This document shows positions 1 to 9,288 of a stretch of 64,000 bases of DNA, one piece after another. Position numbers and translations under genes: made by a program. The notes beneath the pieces were generated by a model. It did no database searches and was not told the DNA's origin. It saw only the letters and a list, made by a program, of their open reading frames with translations. Source of the DNA: Bacteroidales bacterium (GTDB lineage Bacteria > Bacteroidota > Bacteroidia > Bacteroidales > Tenuifilaceae). Location: contig JAFGDZ010000026.1 in assembly GCA_016931855.1 (NCBI GenBank), positions 31,472-95,471 of the forward strand, given 5' to 3'. Each line of letters starts with the position of its first letter. The stretch's first letter is position 1.

Positions 1-529
1 AATAGCGCACCGCGTTGCCCGACAGCCCATTTATTGAAAGGTTAAAGTTGGAACCCTCGCCCCCGTCCTGCCTAATGCGTATGCCACTGGCCCTATCAAC
101 AAGGGCATTCAAACTATTCAACGTAGCAGCAATGGGCTGAACATTGAGACTGGATGCAGCATACACCTTCTCACGAATCTGCTGAGCACTGGATTTACTA
201 TATACCTGAACCGCTTCAAGAGAAAGAGCATTCTCTTCAAGAGTGAAATCAAGCGTTTCTGAACGCCTAATCACAACCTCTTTCCGTATGGTATTGTAAC
301 CCACAACGGAAACAACCAGCACCTGTTTGCCCACAGCAGACTGAAAAGAATAAGAGCCACTACTATCGGTAAAGGCTCCTTGACTCGAATTCTCTATGGC
401 CACCATTGCCAGCGCAACAGGGTTTCCCTGCTCATCCCTAATCGTGCCCGAAATGGTAACCCGATCCTCAGAAGAGAATGATACAAAGCTCAATGAAATC
501 AGCAAAGAGAGTATAAAGGACAATCGCAT
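1..529 (-). CDS. TonB-dependent receptor, N-terminal part; the gene runs off the window start
   Basis: Reverse-complement translation from ATG (529-527) gives MRLSFILSLLISLSFVSF... with a signal peptide, a carboxypeptidase-regulatory-like segment and a plug-like segment (...GIRIRQDGGEGSNF...). Not in the ORF track because it has no stop in the window. Confidence 0.55.
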   Translation of the reverse strand, partial: MRLSFILSLLISLSFVSFSSEDRVTISGTIRDEQGNPVALAMVAIENSSQGAFTDSSGSYSFQSAVGKQVLVVSVVGYNTIRKEVVIRRSETLDFTLEENALSLEAVQVYSKSSAQQIREKVYAASSLNVQPIAATLNSLNALVDRASGIRIRQDGGEGSNFNLSINGLSGNAVRY

Positions 530-621
530 AATAAAATAAGGATAAGAAGTGAACTCAGGGTTAGGGCAACAGAAAGCCATTCATAGGCATCCCGTTAATC
601 TGAGCAGATGAATTGTACACG

Positions 622-1572
622 TTAGTAGGAGATTGTCTCACTCCTTACTTTTTCAGGAGCCTCATACTCCCGCTTCTTATCCATTATATCCAACCGACGA
701 TTCCGAGCGTTAAACTCTAGTATCTCAATAAAGCGATTCTGAATGACAGGAACCTGACCAAGCCCCTGCAAGGAAACCTCTACTAGAAAACCAGCCTCCT
801 CCAGCTGCGCTTTCCAATCAACGGCAACATCGTTTTTAGCATGCTCGCCTGCAACAAACATAAAGGGCATCAAAACCACCTGCTTTAGCCCTAGTTTCTG
901 CAACTGGGACAATGCCTGCTCATAAAAGGGATAACCCTCAATACAACCCACCACGTAATTCTTATGACCACGGGACTTAAGCATGTGATCGAGCATAGCA
1001 TACTGCGCCGTTGAAACATCGTAGGTACCATGCCCCACCCACAGGTAGGCGGTTTGATCATCGCCATTCCGCGTAAGCGCATCAATAACCTTAACGTAAT
1101 CATTGGCATAGAAAAGGAGCGGTGTACCCACCCGAACCTCCTTGAACTGATGGCGCAGCTCGGCAACGTTACGGTTAAGCGACTCCATCTCAACCCCATC
1201 AATAATAGTGGTAGGTTGTACTAGAATGTGCGTGTAACCATCGGCCTTTAGATGCGAGAGCGCAGCAAGTGGGTTCAACTTTGAGATACCGCGCTGAGCC
1301 AAGCGCTTTATAATAATGCGAGAGGTGTAGGCTTCGCGTACTTCTACGCCCGGAAAGTGCCCCTGAGCCTTAAGGTTAATAGCATCGATGGTTTGGGCTC
1401 GGGTATCGTCGTGCGTTGTACCAAAGTGCACCATCAGAATGGCAACCCGATCCCCTTTTTGTAGATTTTTAAAGATATCAGAAGGTTCAAACACCTCCCC
1501 CTTGGCCATAGCCAAAGAGGCAAGGCATAACAAATAGCATACACTAATGGCTGCCAACAATCTTGTCCACAT
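622..1572 (-). CDS. cbiK: sirohydrochlorin cobaltochelatase CbiK family, periplasmic, with signal peptide
   Basis: CbiK motifs are present: VHFGTTHDD, WVGHGTYD, FVAGEHAKND. Start re-called at internal Met (MWTRLLAAISVCYLL... signal peptide) because the 1573-1725 part of the tracked ORF overlaps a cobalamin riboswitch. Confidence 0.75.
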   Translation of the reverse strand: MWTRLLAAISVCYLLCLASLAMAKGEVFEPSDIFKNLQKGDRVAILMVHFGTTHDDTRAQTIDAINLKAQGHFPGVEVREAYTSRIIIKRLAQRGISKLNPLAALSHLKADGYTHILVQPTTIIDGVEMESLNRNVAELRHQFKEVRVGTPLLFYANDYVKVIDALTRNGDDQTAYLWVGHGTYDVSTAQYAMLDHMLKSRGHKNYVVGCIEGYPFYEQALSQLQKLGLKQVVLMPFMFVAGEHAKNDVAVDWKAQLEEAGFLVEVSLQGLGQVPVIQNRFIEILEFNARNRRLDIMDKKREYEAPEKVRSETISY

Positions 1573-1639
1573 AACTCTAAGAAAAAAGGTTACAAAACAA
1601 TGTTCTTGCCCCCGAGAACACAATTTACCTGTATGACCA

Positions 1640-1800
1640 TGGCAGGTTTCCTGACTCGCTTCGCTCCTAGGAAAGCCTTCCCATCCCATAAAAGAGATAG
1701 TGGCAGAGGGATTACCTAAAAGCACTAAATGAAGCTTACAGTAGCGGGCACTGTTCCGGAATTAAACCGGATTCCCTTTTATGTAGCAAACGAACGTTTA
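1640..1800 (-). ncRNA. cobalamin (B12) riboswitch upstream of cbiK
   Basis: The minus-strand sequence reads ...AAAGGGAATCCGGTTTAATTCCGGAACAGTGCCCGCTACT...CCTCTGCCACTATC. The conserved GGGAA..CCGGT..CCGG..CAG.GCCCGC core and a GCCACT B12 box sit immediately 5' of the cbiK start. Confidence 0.7.
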
Positions 1801-2039
1801 GCCACATCACCATAGCACTGGCAAAACTATATATTTAAATGGAATAAGAAAAGGAGAAAGAGGAACATAAGGAAAAGAGATAACCCCCAGCAACCCATTC
1901 AAAACAAACGATCCACCTCAAAAGTAACCTTAGGGGACAAAGGAGTTCTATTCTCCCTTAAGGCTCAGTATTATAACTCGCAGGCTCAAGCAACCCAGAA
2001 TAAAACCACATTCAGCCTACGATAGAATCAAAGAAAGGA

Positions 2040-3131
2040 CTACTCACCTAGGTGTTCATTCCACGACTCGGCGGTAGATAGGTCTAAATGCCCCATCCAA
2101 ATTGCACGCAGGCTAGCATAATCAGCCAAACCAATCATGTGGCAGTTCTCCTCCTTAACGGTATAACCCAACTTGCGGAGTTTTAGCTTCCAGCTGTACT
2201 CTGCCTCATGATCAGGCTCATATGGATCTACATCGGCTAGGGTACGGTTATCGTCTAAGTCGCCGGCCATATCGTTGTGCGCATGGTCGCCAGCTACCGA
2301 CATCATTGGAGCAAGATGTAGCACTATGCCATTATCGGGTTGTTGCCCTAAGCCATTGACTGGATTGTTTGCCTGAGGGTTCCCCGTAGCCTCCGCAAGT
2401 TCCTTACGAATGTAAGAGAACATCATATCACCATAATCCACCGTGCCAACAAAAATGCGCTTACGACCGCCATCAAGATCTTGCAGGGCCTTCTGAACCT
2501 GAAGGTAACGGTTATTGGCATGAGAGTACTCCTTGTCGGGATTCCCATGCCCCATAAAAATGACAAACTCACCCTTGGCCACCTTATCCTTACAGAACTC
2601 ATTAAAAAGCACCTTGGCTACAGCATCCACATCGCTTTCACCACCAGATAGTTCATCCTCACTCAACAAACAAGCACCCTTTGCTACTCGTACATCAGCG
2701 AAAGGAATCATAAAGTTCTTTTTCACATCGGTATTCATTAGGCTCAAATACTCCTCTCCTGGTATTACATGAAGAGACTGAACGCCAACCGTTTTATACC
2801 CAGCCTTTCCTATTGCGCTTAGCCATAAATCGGGTTGAGCATAGTACTTACCTATACTCGCACCAACACGGGAAACGCAGGTACGAGAAGTAAAAGAGAG
2901 GTACACATCGGCATTGGGATACCTTTTCTGATAATCGCCAACTATGGCATTGTAACTCGACTGAGGAAGTTCATAGGTACTTCCAAAGGTACACAGCAGA
3001 ATGGCCGTATCATGCTTCTTATCAACTTGAACAGGACTCTGTTCATTATTGTCATCATCTTTCGAACACGAAGACAATCCAAAAACAGTAGCGGCTAAAG
3101 CCACTAGGCATAAAAGACTAATCTTTTTCAT
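2040..3131 (-). CDS. CbiK-family (IhtB-like) lipoprotein
   Basis: Lipobox signal MKKISLLCLVALAATVFGLSSC (start re-called to Met7). CbiK-family motifs FMGHGNPD and SVAGDHAHNDMAGD are present. The first-site His is replaced (LLCTFGSTYE). Confidence 0.65.
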   Translation of the reverse strand: MKKISLLCLVALAATVFGLSSCSKDDDNNEQSPVQVDKKHDTAILLCTFGSTYELPQSSYNAIVGDYQKRYPNADVYLSFTSRTCVSRVGASIGKYYAQPDLWLSAIGKAGYKTVGVQSLHVIPGEEYLSLMNTDVKKNFMIPFADVRVAKGACLLSEDELSGGESDVDAVAKVLFNEFCKDKVAKGEFVIFMGHGNPDKEYSHANNRYLQVQKALQDLDGGRKRIFVGTVDYGDMMFSYIRKELAEATGNPQANNPVNGLGQQPDNGIVLHLAPMMSVAGDHAHNDMAGDLDDNRTLADVDPYEPDHEAEYSWKLKLRKLGYTVKEENCHMIGLADYASLRAIWMGHLDLSTAESWNEHLGE

Positions 3132-3176
3132 CGGTTTACATTTTAACATTACTTATTAGGTTGCTATGATTTGTTG

Positions 3177-5291
3177 CTAATTCAAATCTGCATCGTCGGA
3201 CTCAACCTCGGTCATTCCTCTCATTCTAGGTGAACGGGTCGACTTCTTATCCTTAAACTGCAAGTTCAGCGAAACGTAGAGAGTTCTTCCGGGGGTCGAC
3301 GTCCCCCTGTTTCTGCCAAAAGGCGTTCTATCTACATAGTTGAAAATATTATCAACACCCATGCTCATGTCAACATTATACTGAAGGAATTTCAGAAAGG
3401 AATGAGATGTGTTAAGCCGCCAAATGGAGTAGGGGTTCGTGTTCCCATCGGTTATGTAAAAACGCTCCGACTGGTAGCGACCAAACAAGCTAACGGATAA
3501 ACGGTAAACTCCTGCAGAGAGTTCCTTATCCCAAGTCATACGAGCTGTAGCATTATGATACGACGTGCCATTTATGGGCTTGTACTCTTTAAAATAGCCC
3601 TGCTCTGGATCCTGAGCCTTTGCATCGGCAAAGCTATAACCTCCCCCCACCGAGAAACCGCCCTTGAGAGTAAGTGCAAACGTAAAATCGGCACCATAGC
3701 TACGCGCCCTTGCCAGATTGGTGTAACGCATGGTCTCCTCCACCTCCAGCAACTTATCCTCGGGTGAGGTAAGAACAGGCTGCAATGCAATCATGTTCTG
3801 CACCCCATTGTAGTATAGGGTAAGACTCAACTTTAGAACCGAGGAATGAAACTCCGTCCCAATCGAATAGTAGTTCGACAACTGAGGGCGGAGATTCTCA
3901 TTACCATAGTACGCTTTCATTCGGGTCATTATGGTAGCCAGGTAGCAATAGTAAAGTTCCTTCACTGTTGGAGCCTTGAACCCATGCGAATAGGTTGCCC
4001 TCAGATTAAATCGGCCCAAACGGTACACTGCCGACACCTTAGGTGTTGCAATATGCCCAAAGGCCTCGTGATGCACCAAGCGTATACCCGATGTAACATT
4101 GAGCCGCGGCAACACGCTCCACTCATCCTGCGCATAGGCCGATAAAGTGTATGCCGAAGCACGATCGCCCCCAACCAAGCGCATGGGAGAAACCAGTACG
4201 CCCATGCTATACTCCATCCCAGCGCTCACAACATGCTTCTGCCCTATACTGAAAACACCCTTTGCCCGGGTCATAAAACGCCGCTGTGAACTCTGCATAA
4301 CCCTATCGCCAGGGTAAAAAACGATCCGCTCACCATTTGCGTTGAATAAGTCGGTATACTCGCGCTGCGTATAATCGTAGTAATAAGCATACTCCCCAAA
4401 CGAAGCATCCACCAAGAGCCGATTCTCAGCAGAGAAGCGGTAAGTTGCATCCATAGAGTAGTTCTGATCCCGATAGTAAAAATCCTTCAACTGCCACTGA
4501 GGAAATCCCGAGGGACGGTATGTCCAACGATTGTAGTAAGAGGCATCAGCCCTAACCCGAATCCTTTTTGAGAGCGCATACTCAACAGACTGAGCAACCT
4601 TGTAATTCTGCGAACGATTCACGGTACGCGTCACACTGTTATCGTAAAGATTATGCCTGTACCACTCGTCAGAGGTATTCTGCCATCCATCGGTATGCTT
4701 ATAACTAACCGAGGTGCTGGCGCTTACCCTGTCAAAACTTAGCCCCAAGGAGCTACTCTGTAGCACATCGGCATGATAGCCCACCCGTGTGGTGTTTGAA
4801 AAGCTAACCCGATCGCGATTCTTTCGGGTGATGAAGTTCACAACCCCAGCAATGGCATCAGAGCCATAAAGCGAGGAGGAGGCGCCTTTCACTATCTCAA
4901 TCCGCTCAACGCTACCTATATCAATGGCATTCAAATCATTCTGCCCACCCACATCACCATTAATCCGCTTCCCATCAAGAAGAATTAGTATATAGCCGCC
5001 ACCTAAGCCATTAAGCTGCATCCCCGAACCCATATCGTTCTGACTAAAACTAAATGATGCGCTCAGGGAACCCAGGATCTCCTCAACGCTTCGCCCTGAG
5101 AGATTTCGCAGCGCCTTCCCTGAGATCACCTCCGTTTGCACAGGTGCATTCTTCAGGTAATGCGTTGTTCCTGTTCCAGTAACCACCACCTCAGGTAAAT
5201 CCACGTTCCCACGAAGGAGCACAGTATCGGGTTGAGCCCAAGAAAAACTTGCGCAAAGCAGAAGAGGTAAAAGAGAGATAAGTCGTCGCAT
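3177..5291 (-). CDS. TonB-dependent outer-membrane receptor (BtuB-like)
   Basis: Signal peptide; TonB box-like DTVLLRG and plug (VVVTGTG...EEILGSL...NGLGGG...IDGKRIN); a 700-aa beta-barrel rich in aromatic/Gly residues. Preceded by a B12 riboswitch. Confidence 0.85.
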   Translation of the reverse strand: MRRLISLLPLLLCASFSWAQPDTVLLRGNVDLPEVVVTGTGTTHYLKNAPVQTEVISGKALRNLSGRSVEEILGSLSASFSFSQNDMGSGMQLNGLGGGYILILLDGKRINGDVGGQNDLNAIDIGSVERIEIVKGASSSLYGSDAIAGVVNFITRKNRDRVSFSNTTRVGYHADVLQSSSLGLSFDRVSASTSVSYKHTDGWQNTSDEWYRHNLYDNSVTRTVNRSQNYKVAQSVEYALSKRIRVRADASYYNRWTYRPSGFPQWQLKDFYYRDQNYSMDATYRFSAENRLLVDASFGEYAYYYDYTQREYTDLFNANGERIVFYPGDRVMQSSQRRFMTRAKGVFSIGQKHVVSAGMEYSMGVLVSPMRLVGGDRASAYTLSAYAQDEWSVLPRLNVTSGIRLVHHEAFGHIATPKVSAVYRLGRFNLRATYSHGFKAPTVKELYYCYLATIMTRMKAYYGNENLRPQLSNYYSIGTEFHSSVLKLSLTLYYNGVQNMIALQPVLTSPEDKLLEVEETMRYTNLARARSYGADFTFALTLKGGFSVGGGYSFADAKAQDPEQGYFKEYKPINGTSYHNATARMTWDKELSAGVYRLSVSLFGRYQSERFYITDGNTNPYSIWRLNTSHSFLKFLQYNVDMSMGVDNIFNYVDRTPFGRNRGTSTPGRTLYVSLNLQFKDKKSTRSPRMRGMTEVESDDADLN

Positions 5292-5439
5292 ATTGGCTAA
5301 ATAGTTCCGCCATACGAGACCAAAGAAATAATCGGTTTTAACAAAAAGGAATAAGCTGTAAAACTAGATGCCAATACCATTTGGAGCGCCGATACATTTG
5401 CTTTTAGTCCTGAAAGCTGGATGTATTATTACTAAACCA

Positions 5440-5615
5440 TTTGGCAGGTCTTCTGGCTCTCCTCATGCTTAAGGGCCTTCCCATCGGCATTCAACCGAAA
5501 GTGGCCAAAGAATTCCTAAGCACTTTTTATGAGGATTACAGCTGCAGGTACAGCTCCGGATTCAAACCGGATTCCCTCTTAACGCAACAAGTGATACTCG
5601 TTTGCATTACCAAAA
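5440..5615 (-). ncRNA. cobalamin (B12) riboswitch upstream of the TBDR
   Basis: Minus strand reads ...GAGGGAATCCGGTTTGAATCCGGAGCTGTACCTGCAGC...TTGGCCACTTTCGG. Same conserved core and B12 box as the 1640-1800 element. Confidence 0.65.
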
Positions 5616-5737
5616 CGGGGGCAAAGCTACATGTTTTTATAAAAAACAAAAAGAAAAACGGAACTTTAACCAAACAACCCAACAAAAAAGACCCGAATTC
5701 CTCCTGTAATAGAAGGAATCCGGGTCTAATTATATTG

Positions 5738-5811
5738 AGCGGAAAACGGGACTCGAACCCGCGACCCTCAGCTTGGGAAGCTGATGCTCTACCAACTGAG
5801 CTACTTCCGCG
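5738..5811 (-). tRNA. tRNA-Gly (anticodon CCC)
   Basis: Reverse complement is GCGGAAGTAGCTCAGTTGGTAGAGCATCAGCTTCCCAAGCTGAGGGTCGCGGGTTCGAGTCCCGTTTTCCGCT. This folds as a cloverleaf with a TTCCCAA anticodon loop. Confidence 0.8.
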
Positions 5812-5845
5812 ATAAAAAAAAGGCCAACCCTTACGTTGGATTGAC

Positions 5846-5919
<74 letters not shown>

Positions 5920-6157
5920 CTATACCCCCAAAAAGCATGAAACTTTCTCAGAATTGAGAAGCCAAAAGTAGTAAAATTTTGATTTCTCCAACAATCCTTT
6001 CAAGAAAAAAAACTTTTTATCAAATCTTACGTAAGATATGATTGCGATAATGAGATATTTTTTGTTGTTTTGTGCTGCTCATTTTTTAACTCTTTTTAAA
6101 AGACATTTAGAGATTTTTACGTTGAATTTGTACCTTTAAGGCCCAAAATTTTACCAT

Positions 6158-6847
6158 ATGGAAATCAAAAAATCCCCAAAAGCTAATCTTGAGAAGAAGA
6201 AACTAATCTTCGCAGAAATTGGCCTAATTCTTTCTCTTCTGTTCGTATTTGCTGCCTTTGAATGGAAATCGTCTGGCGATGTTGACATTGACACAAACAT
6301 TGTTCAGGACGTAGCAATGGAAGAGGAAATGGTTCCTATTACTCACCAAGAGGAGATTAAAACCCCTCCTGCTCCACCTCAGCCAGTTGTTGTAGCCGAC
6401 ATTATCAACATTGTTGAGGATAATGTTGAGATTGATGACAACATGGACATCTTCGACACCGAGTTCAACGAGAATGCAGCAGTTCAGATTGTAGAGTTCT
6501 CCGATGCTGAAGAAGAGGTTGAAGAGGCTGAGATTTTCTTGGTTGTAGAAGACATGCCTGGCTTTGGCGATGGCGACTCTAACAAATTCCGCGATTACAT
6601 CAACAAGAACCTTCGTTACCCCGATGTTGCTGCAGAGAACGGCATTCAAGGGCGCGTATTCATTCAGTTTGTTGTTGAGGCCGATGGTCGCGTTACTAAT
6701 GTAAAGGTTTTACGTGGTGTTGACCCTGCTCTTGACAAAGAAGCTGTTCGCGTGGTAGAATCGTCACCAAAATGGAAGCCTGGTAAGCAAAGGGGTAAGC
6801 CTGTACGTGTATCGTTCACCTTCCCTATTATCTTTGTTCTACAGTAA
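6158..6847 (+). CDS. tonB: energy transducer TonB family protein
   Basis: N-terminal TM anchor, Pro-rich spacer (PPAPPQPVVV) and C-terminal TonB domain (GIQGRVFIQFVVEADGRVTNVKVLRGV...). Confidence 0.8.
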   Translation: MEIKKSPKANLEKKKLIFAEIGLILSLLFVFAAFEWKSSGDVDIDTNIVQDVAMEEEMVPITHQEEIKTPPAPPQPVVVADIINIVEDNVEIDDNMDIFDTEFNENAAVQIVEFSDAEEEVEEAEIFLVVEDMPGFGDGDSNKFRDYINKNLRYPDVAAENGIQGRVFIQFVVEADGRVTNVKVLRGVDPALDKEAVRVVESSPKWKPGKQRGKPVRVSFTFPIIFVLQ

Positions 6848-6872
6848 GTCCAGCTCTTTACAATAATATAAA

Positions 6873-6899
6873 ACCCTGATTTCGATCAGGGTTTTTTTT
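6873..6899 (+). terminator. intrinsic terminator after tonB
   Basis: Hairpin CCCTGAT-TTCG-ATCAGGG followed by TTTTTTTT. Confidence 0.6.
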
Positions 6900-6918
6900 C
6901 GTATCTAAGAATCAAACT

Positions 6919-8112
6919 ATGGCACAAGAAATATCAACAGTAAAGGTTCAGGAAACAGCAGTACTTGTTGGGGTAATACTCCCCCAACAATTGGAAGCTG
7001 ATGTTTACGAATACATGGACGAACTAGAATTCCTTGCCGATACAGCAGGAGCTAAAGTTGTGCGTAGGTTTATTCAGAAAATGACCGGACTAAACTCCAA
7101 AACATTTATTGGAAGCGGTAAGGTTTTGGAGATAAAAGCTTACGTTGATGAGAACGAGATTGATACAATTATTTTTGACGATGAGCTCTCTGCCACTCAG
7201 CTAAGAAACCTAGAACGCGAATTTGAGAAAAAGGTACTCGACAGAACTAACCTAATCCTCGACATTTTTGCACAACGAGCCCAAACAGCTTACGCAAAAA
7301 CGCAGGTAGAGCTGGCGCAATATCAATATCTACTCCCAAGGCTAACCAGAATGTGGACCCACCTTGAACGCCAACGAGGCGGTATTGGGTTACGTGGCCC
7401 GGGGGAAACGGAGATTGAGACCGACCGCCGTATTATCCGCGACAGAATTACCAAGCTAAAAGAGGAGCTGCGCAAAATTGATAAGCAAATGGCTACCCAA
7501 CGCAAGAATAGGGCCAGCATGATTCGGGTTGCACTTGTTGGGTACACCAACGTGGGCAAATCAACCCTGATGAACCTTATTAGCAAGTCGGAGGTTTTTG
7601 CCGAGAATAAGCTGTTTGCAACGCTGGACACCACCGTGCGCAAGGTTGTAATAGACAATTTGCCCTTCCTGCTATCGGACACCGTAGGTTTTATCCGCAA
7701 ATTGCCTCACCAGCTGGTTGAGTCGTTCAAATCTACCCTCGACGAGGTTCGTGAGGCGGATCTACTGCTTCACATAGTGGACATTTCGCACGCTTCGTTC
7801 GAGGATCAAATACAGGTTGTTAAGGAAACGCTACACGAGATTGGTGCTTCGGATAAACCAACCTTCCTCGTTTTTAACAAGATTGATGCCTACAAATGGG
7901 AGGAGAAGGACGAGGACGACTTATCAGAGAAAACGGAGAAGAACTTTAGCCTTCAGGATTTAGAAAACAGCTGGATGGCAAAGACTAATCACCCATGCAT
8001 CTTTATCTCTGCAAAGGAAAGAACTAACCTAGAGGAGTTTAAAAACAAGGTTTACGATAAGGTTAAGGAGATTCACATTACCCGATATCCATACGATAAC
8101 TTTTTATACTAG
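6919..8112 (+). CDS. hflX: GTPase HflX
   Basis: HflX N-domain followed by a G-domain (GYTNVGKSTLMN, DTVGF, NKID). Confidence 0.9.
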   Translation: MAQEISTVKVQETAVLVGVILPQQLEADVYEYMDELEFLADTAGAKVVRRFIQKMTGLNSKTFIGSGKVLEIKAYVDENEIDTIIFDDELSATQLRNLEREFEKKVLDRTNLILDIFAQRAQTAYAKTQVELAQYQYLLPRLTRMWTHLERQRGGIGLRGPGETEIETDRRIIRDRITKLKEELRKIDKQMATQRKNRASMIRVALVGYTNVGKSTLMNLISKSEVFAENKLFATLDTTVRKVVIDNLPFLLSDTVGFIRKLPHQLVESFKSTLDEVREADLLLHIVDISHASFEDQIQVVKETLHEIGASDKPTFLVFNKIDAYKWEEKDEDDLSEKTEKNFSLQDLENSWMAKTNHPCIFISAKERTNLEEFKNKVYDKVKEIHITRYPYDNFLY

Positions 8113-8119
8113 CATAGCG

Positions 8120-8158
8120 CATAAACAAAGAGAGATGAGCCACACAGGACTCATCTCT
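8120..8158. terminator. bidirectional intrinsic terminator between convergent hflX and asd
   Basis: Perfect 10-bp stem GAGAGATGAG/CTCATCTCTC with a 10-nt loop, flanked by A-rich sequence 5' and T-rich sequence 3'. Confidence 0.6.
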
Positions 8159-8177
8159 CTTTATTTTATAGCAAAAA

Positions 8178-9170
8178 CTATGCTATCCAGCCTTTTTGCA
8201 GTAGTAGTTCGGCAATCTGTACCGCATTTGTAGCAGCACCCTTGCGTAAATTATCGGAAACTACCCATAGGTTTACCCCATTGGCAACGGTCTCATCGCG
8301 CCTAATGCGGCCAACAAAAACATCGTCCTTTCCCTCGGAGTACTTGGGCATAGGGTAAATGTTGCTCTTTGGATCGTCCTGAATGGTAACACCAGGAATG
8401 GCAGCAAGCTGCTTAACCAGCGTTGCAAGCTCATATGGCTTTTGCATCTCAACGTTAACCGACTCCGAGTGACCGCCAACCACAGGAATACGCACCACGG
8501 TTGGAGAAACAAGAATGGACTGGTCGCCAATAATCTTGCGAGTCTCATCAATAAGCTTCTGCTCCTCGGTGGTGTAGCCACTATCCAGAAAGCTTCCTCC
8601 GTGAGGAAAGCAGTTAAGGTCAATTGAGTGAGGGTAAACCATTTCAGGGGTACGTCCAGCCCGCTCATCGTAAAGCTGCTTAACCGCATTTACGCCCGTT
8701 CCGGTTACCGACTGGTAGGTTGACACCACCACGCGCTTAATGCCATACTCTTTATGAATAAGCCCCAGCACAACAACCAGCTGAATGGTGCTGCAATTGG
8801 GGTTTGCAATAACCAAATCGCCCTGTTCCAGTTTACTGCCATTAACTTCGGGAACAATAAGCTTTTTGGTACTATCCATTCGCCAAGCAGAGCTATTATC
8901 AACAACATAAATGCCCTTCGCCATAAAAAGAGGAGCATACTTTTTAGATGTTTCGGCACCTGCAGAGAAAAGTGCAACAGCAGGTTTTCGCTCCATAGCT
9001 TCTTCTACGCTAACAACCTTAACCTGTTTACCCTTAAAGGCAACAGTTTTACCAACCGACTTCAACGAAGCGGCGGGGATCAGTTCAGAAACGGGGAAAT
9101 CCCGTTCCTCAAGTACTCTAAGCATTACAGTTCCTACAAGGCCTGTGGCCCCAATAACGGCAACTTTCAT
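8178..9170 (-). CDS. asd: aspartate-semialdehyde dehydrogenase
   Basis: MKVAVIGATGLVGTVM... NAD-binding N-terminus, catalytic Cys region (NCSTIQLV) and C-terminal dimerisation domain. Start re-called to Met27 of the tracked ORF (ATG at 9170-9168). Confidence 0.9.
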   Translation of the reverse strand: MKVAVIGATGLVGTVMLRVLEERDFPVSELIPAASLKSVGKTVAFKGKQVKVVSVEEAMERKPAVALFSAGAETSKKYAPLFMAKGIYVVDNSSAWRMDSTKKLIVPEVNGSKLEQGDLVIANPNCSTIQLVVVLGLIHKEYGIKRVVVSTYQSVTGTGVNAVKQLYDERAGRTPEMVYPHSIDLNCFPHGGSFLDSGYTTEEQKLIDETRKIIGDQSILVSPTVVRIPVVGGHSESVNVEMQKPYELATLVKQLAAIPGVTIQDDPKSNIYPMPKYSEGKDDVFVGRIRRDETVANGVNLWVVSDNLRKGAATNAVQIAELLLQKGWIA

Positions 9171-9288
9171 TTCACTAACTTTTTTTTGTGCAATGTAAAA
9201 GTATATTTTTTTGTAACAGGTTCTTTTACTCGCATAACGATTAAACATTTTTTATCTTGTAATCCATTTCCCGATTAAACAACTGGCC

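Noticed and set aside
1573-1725. N-terminal 51-aa extension of the tracked cbiK ORF (622..1725)
   Set aside because: This stretch is the cobalamin riboswitch aptamer. A downstream Met begins a proper signal peptide, so the extension is not coding.
9168-9248. 26-aa N-terminal extension of asd (MFNRYASKRTCYKKIYFYIAQKKVSE)
   Set aside because: The conserved Asd N-terminus begins at MKVAVIGATG. The extension is AT-rich leader sequence.
8273-9278. Several ORFs inside or antisense to asd (8273..8689, 8705..8977, 8754..9278, 8911..9198)
   Set aside because: They are alternative frames of a well-supported asd gene.
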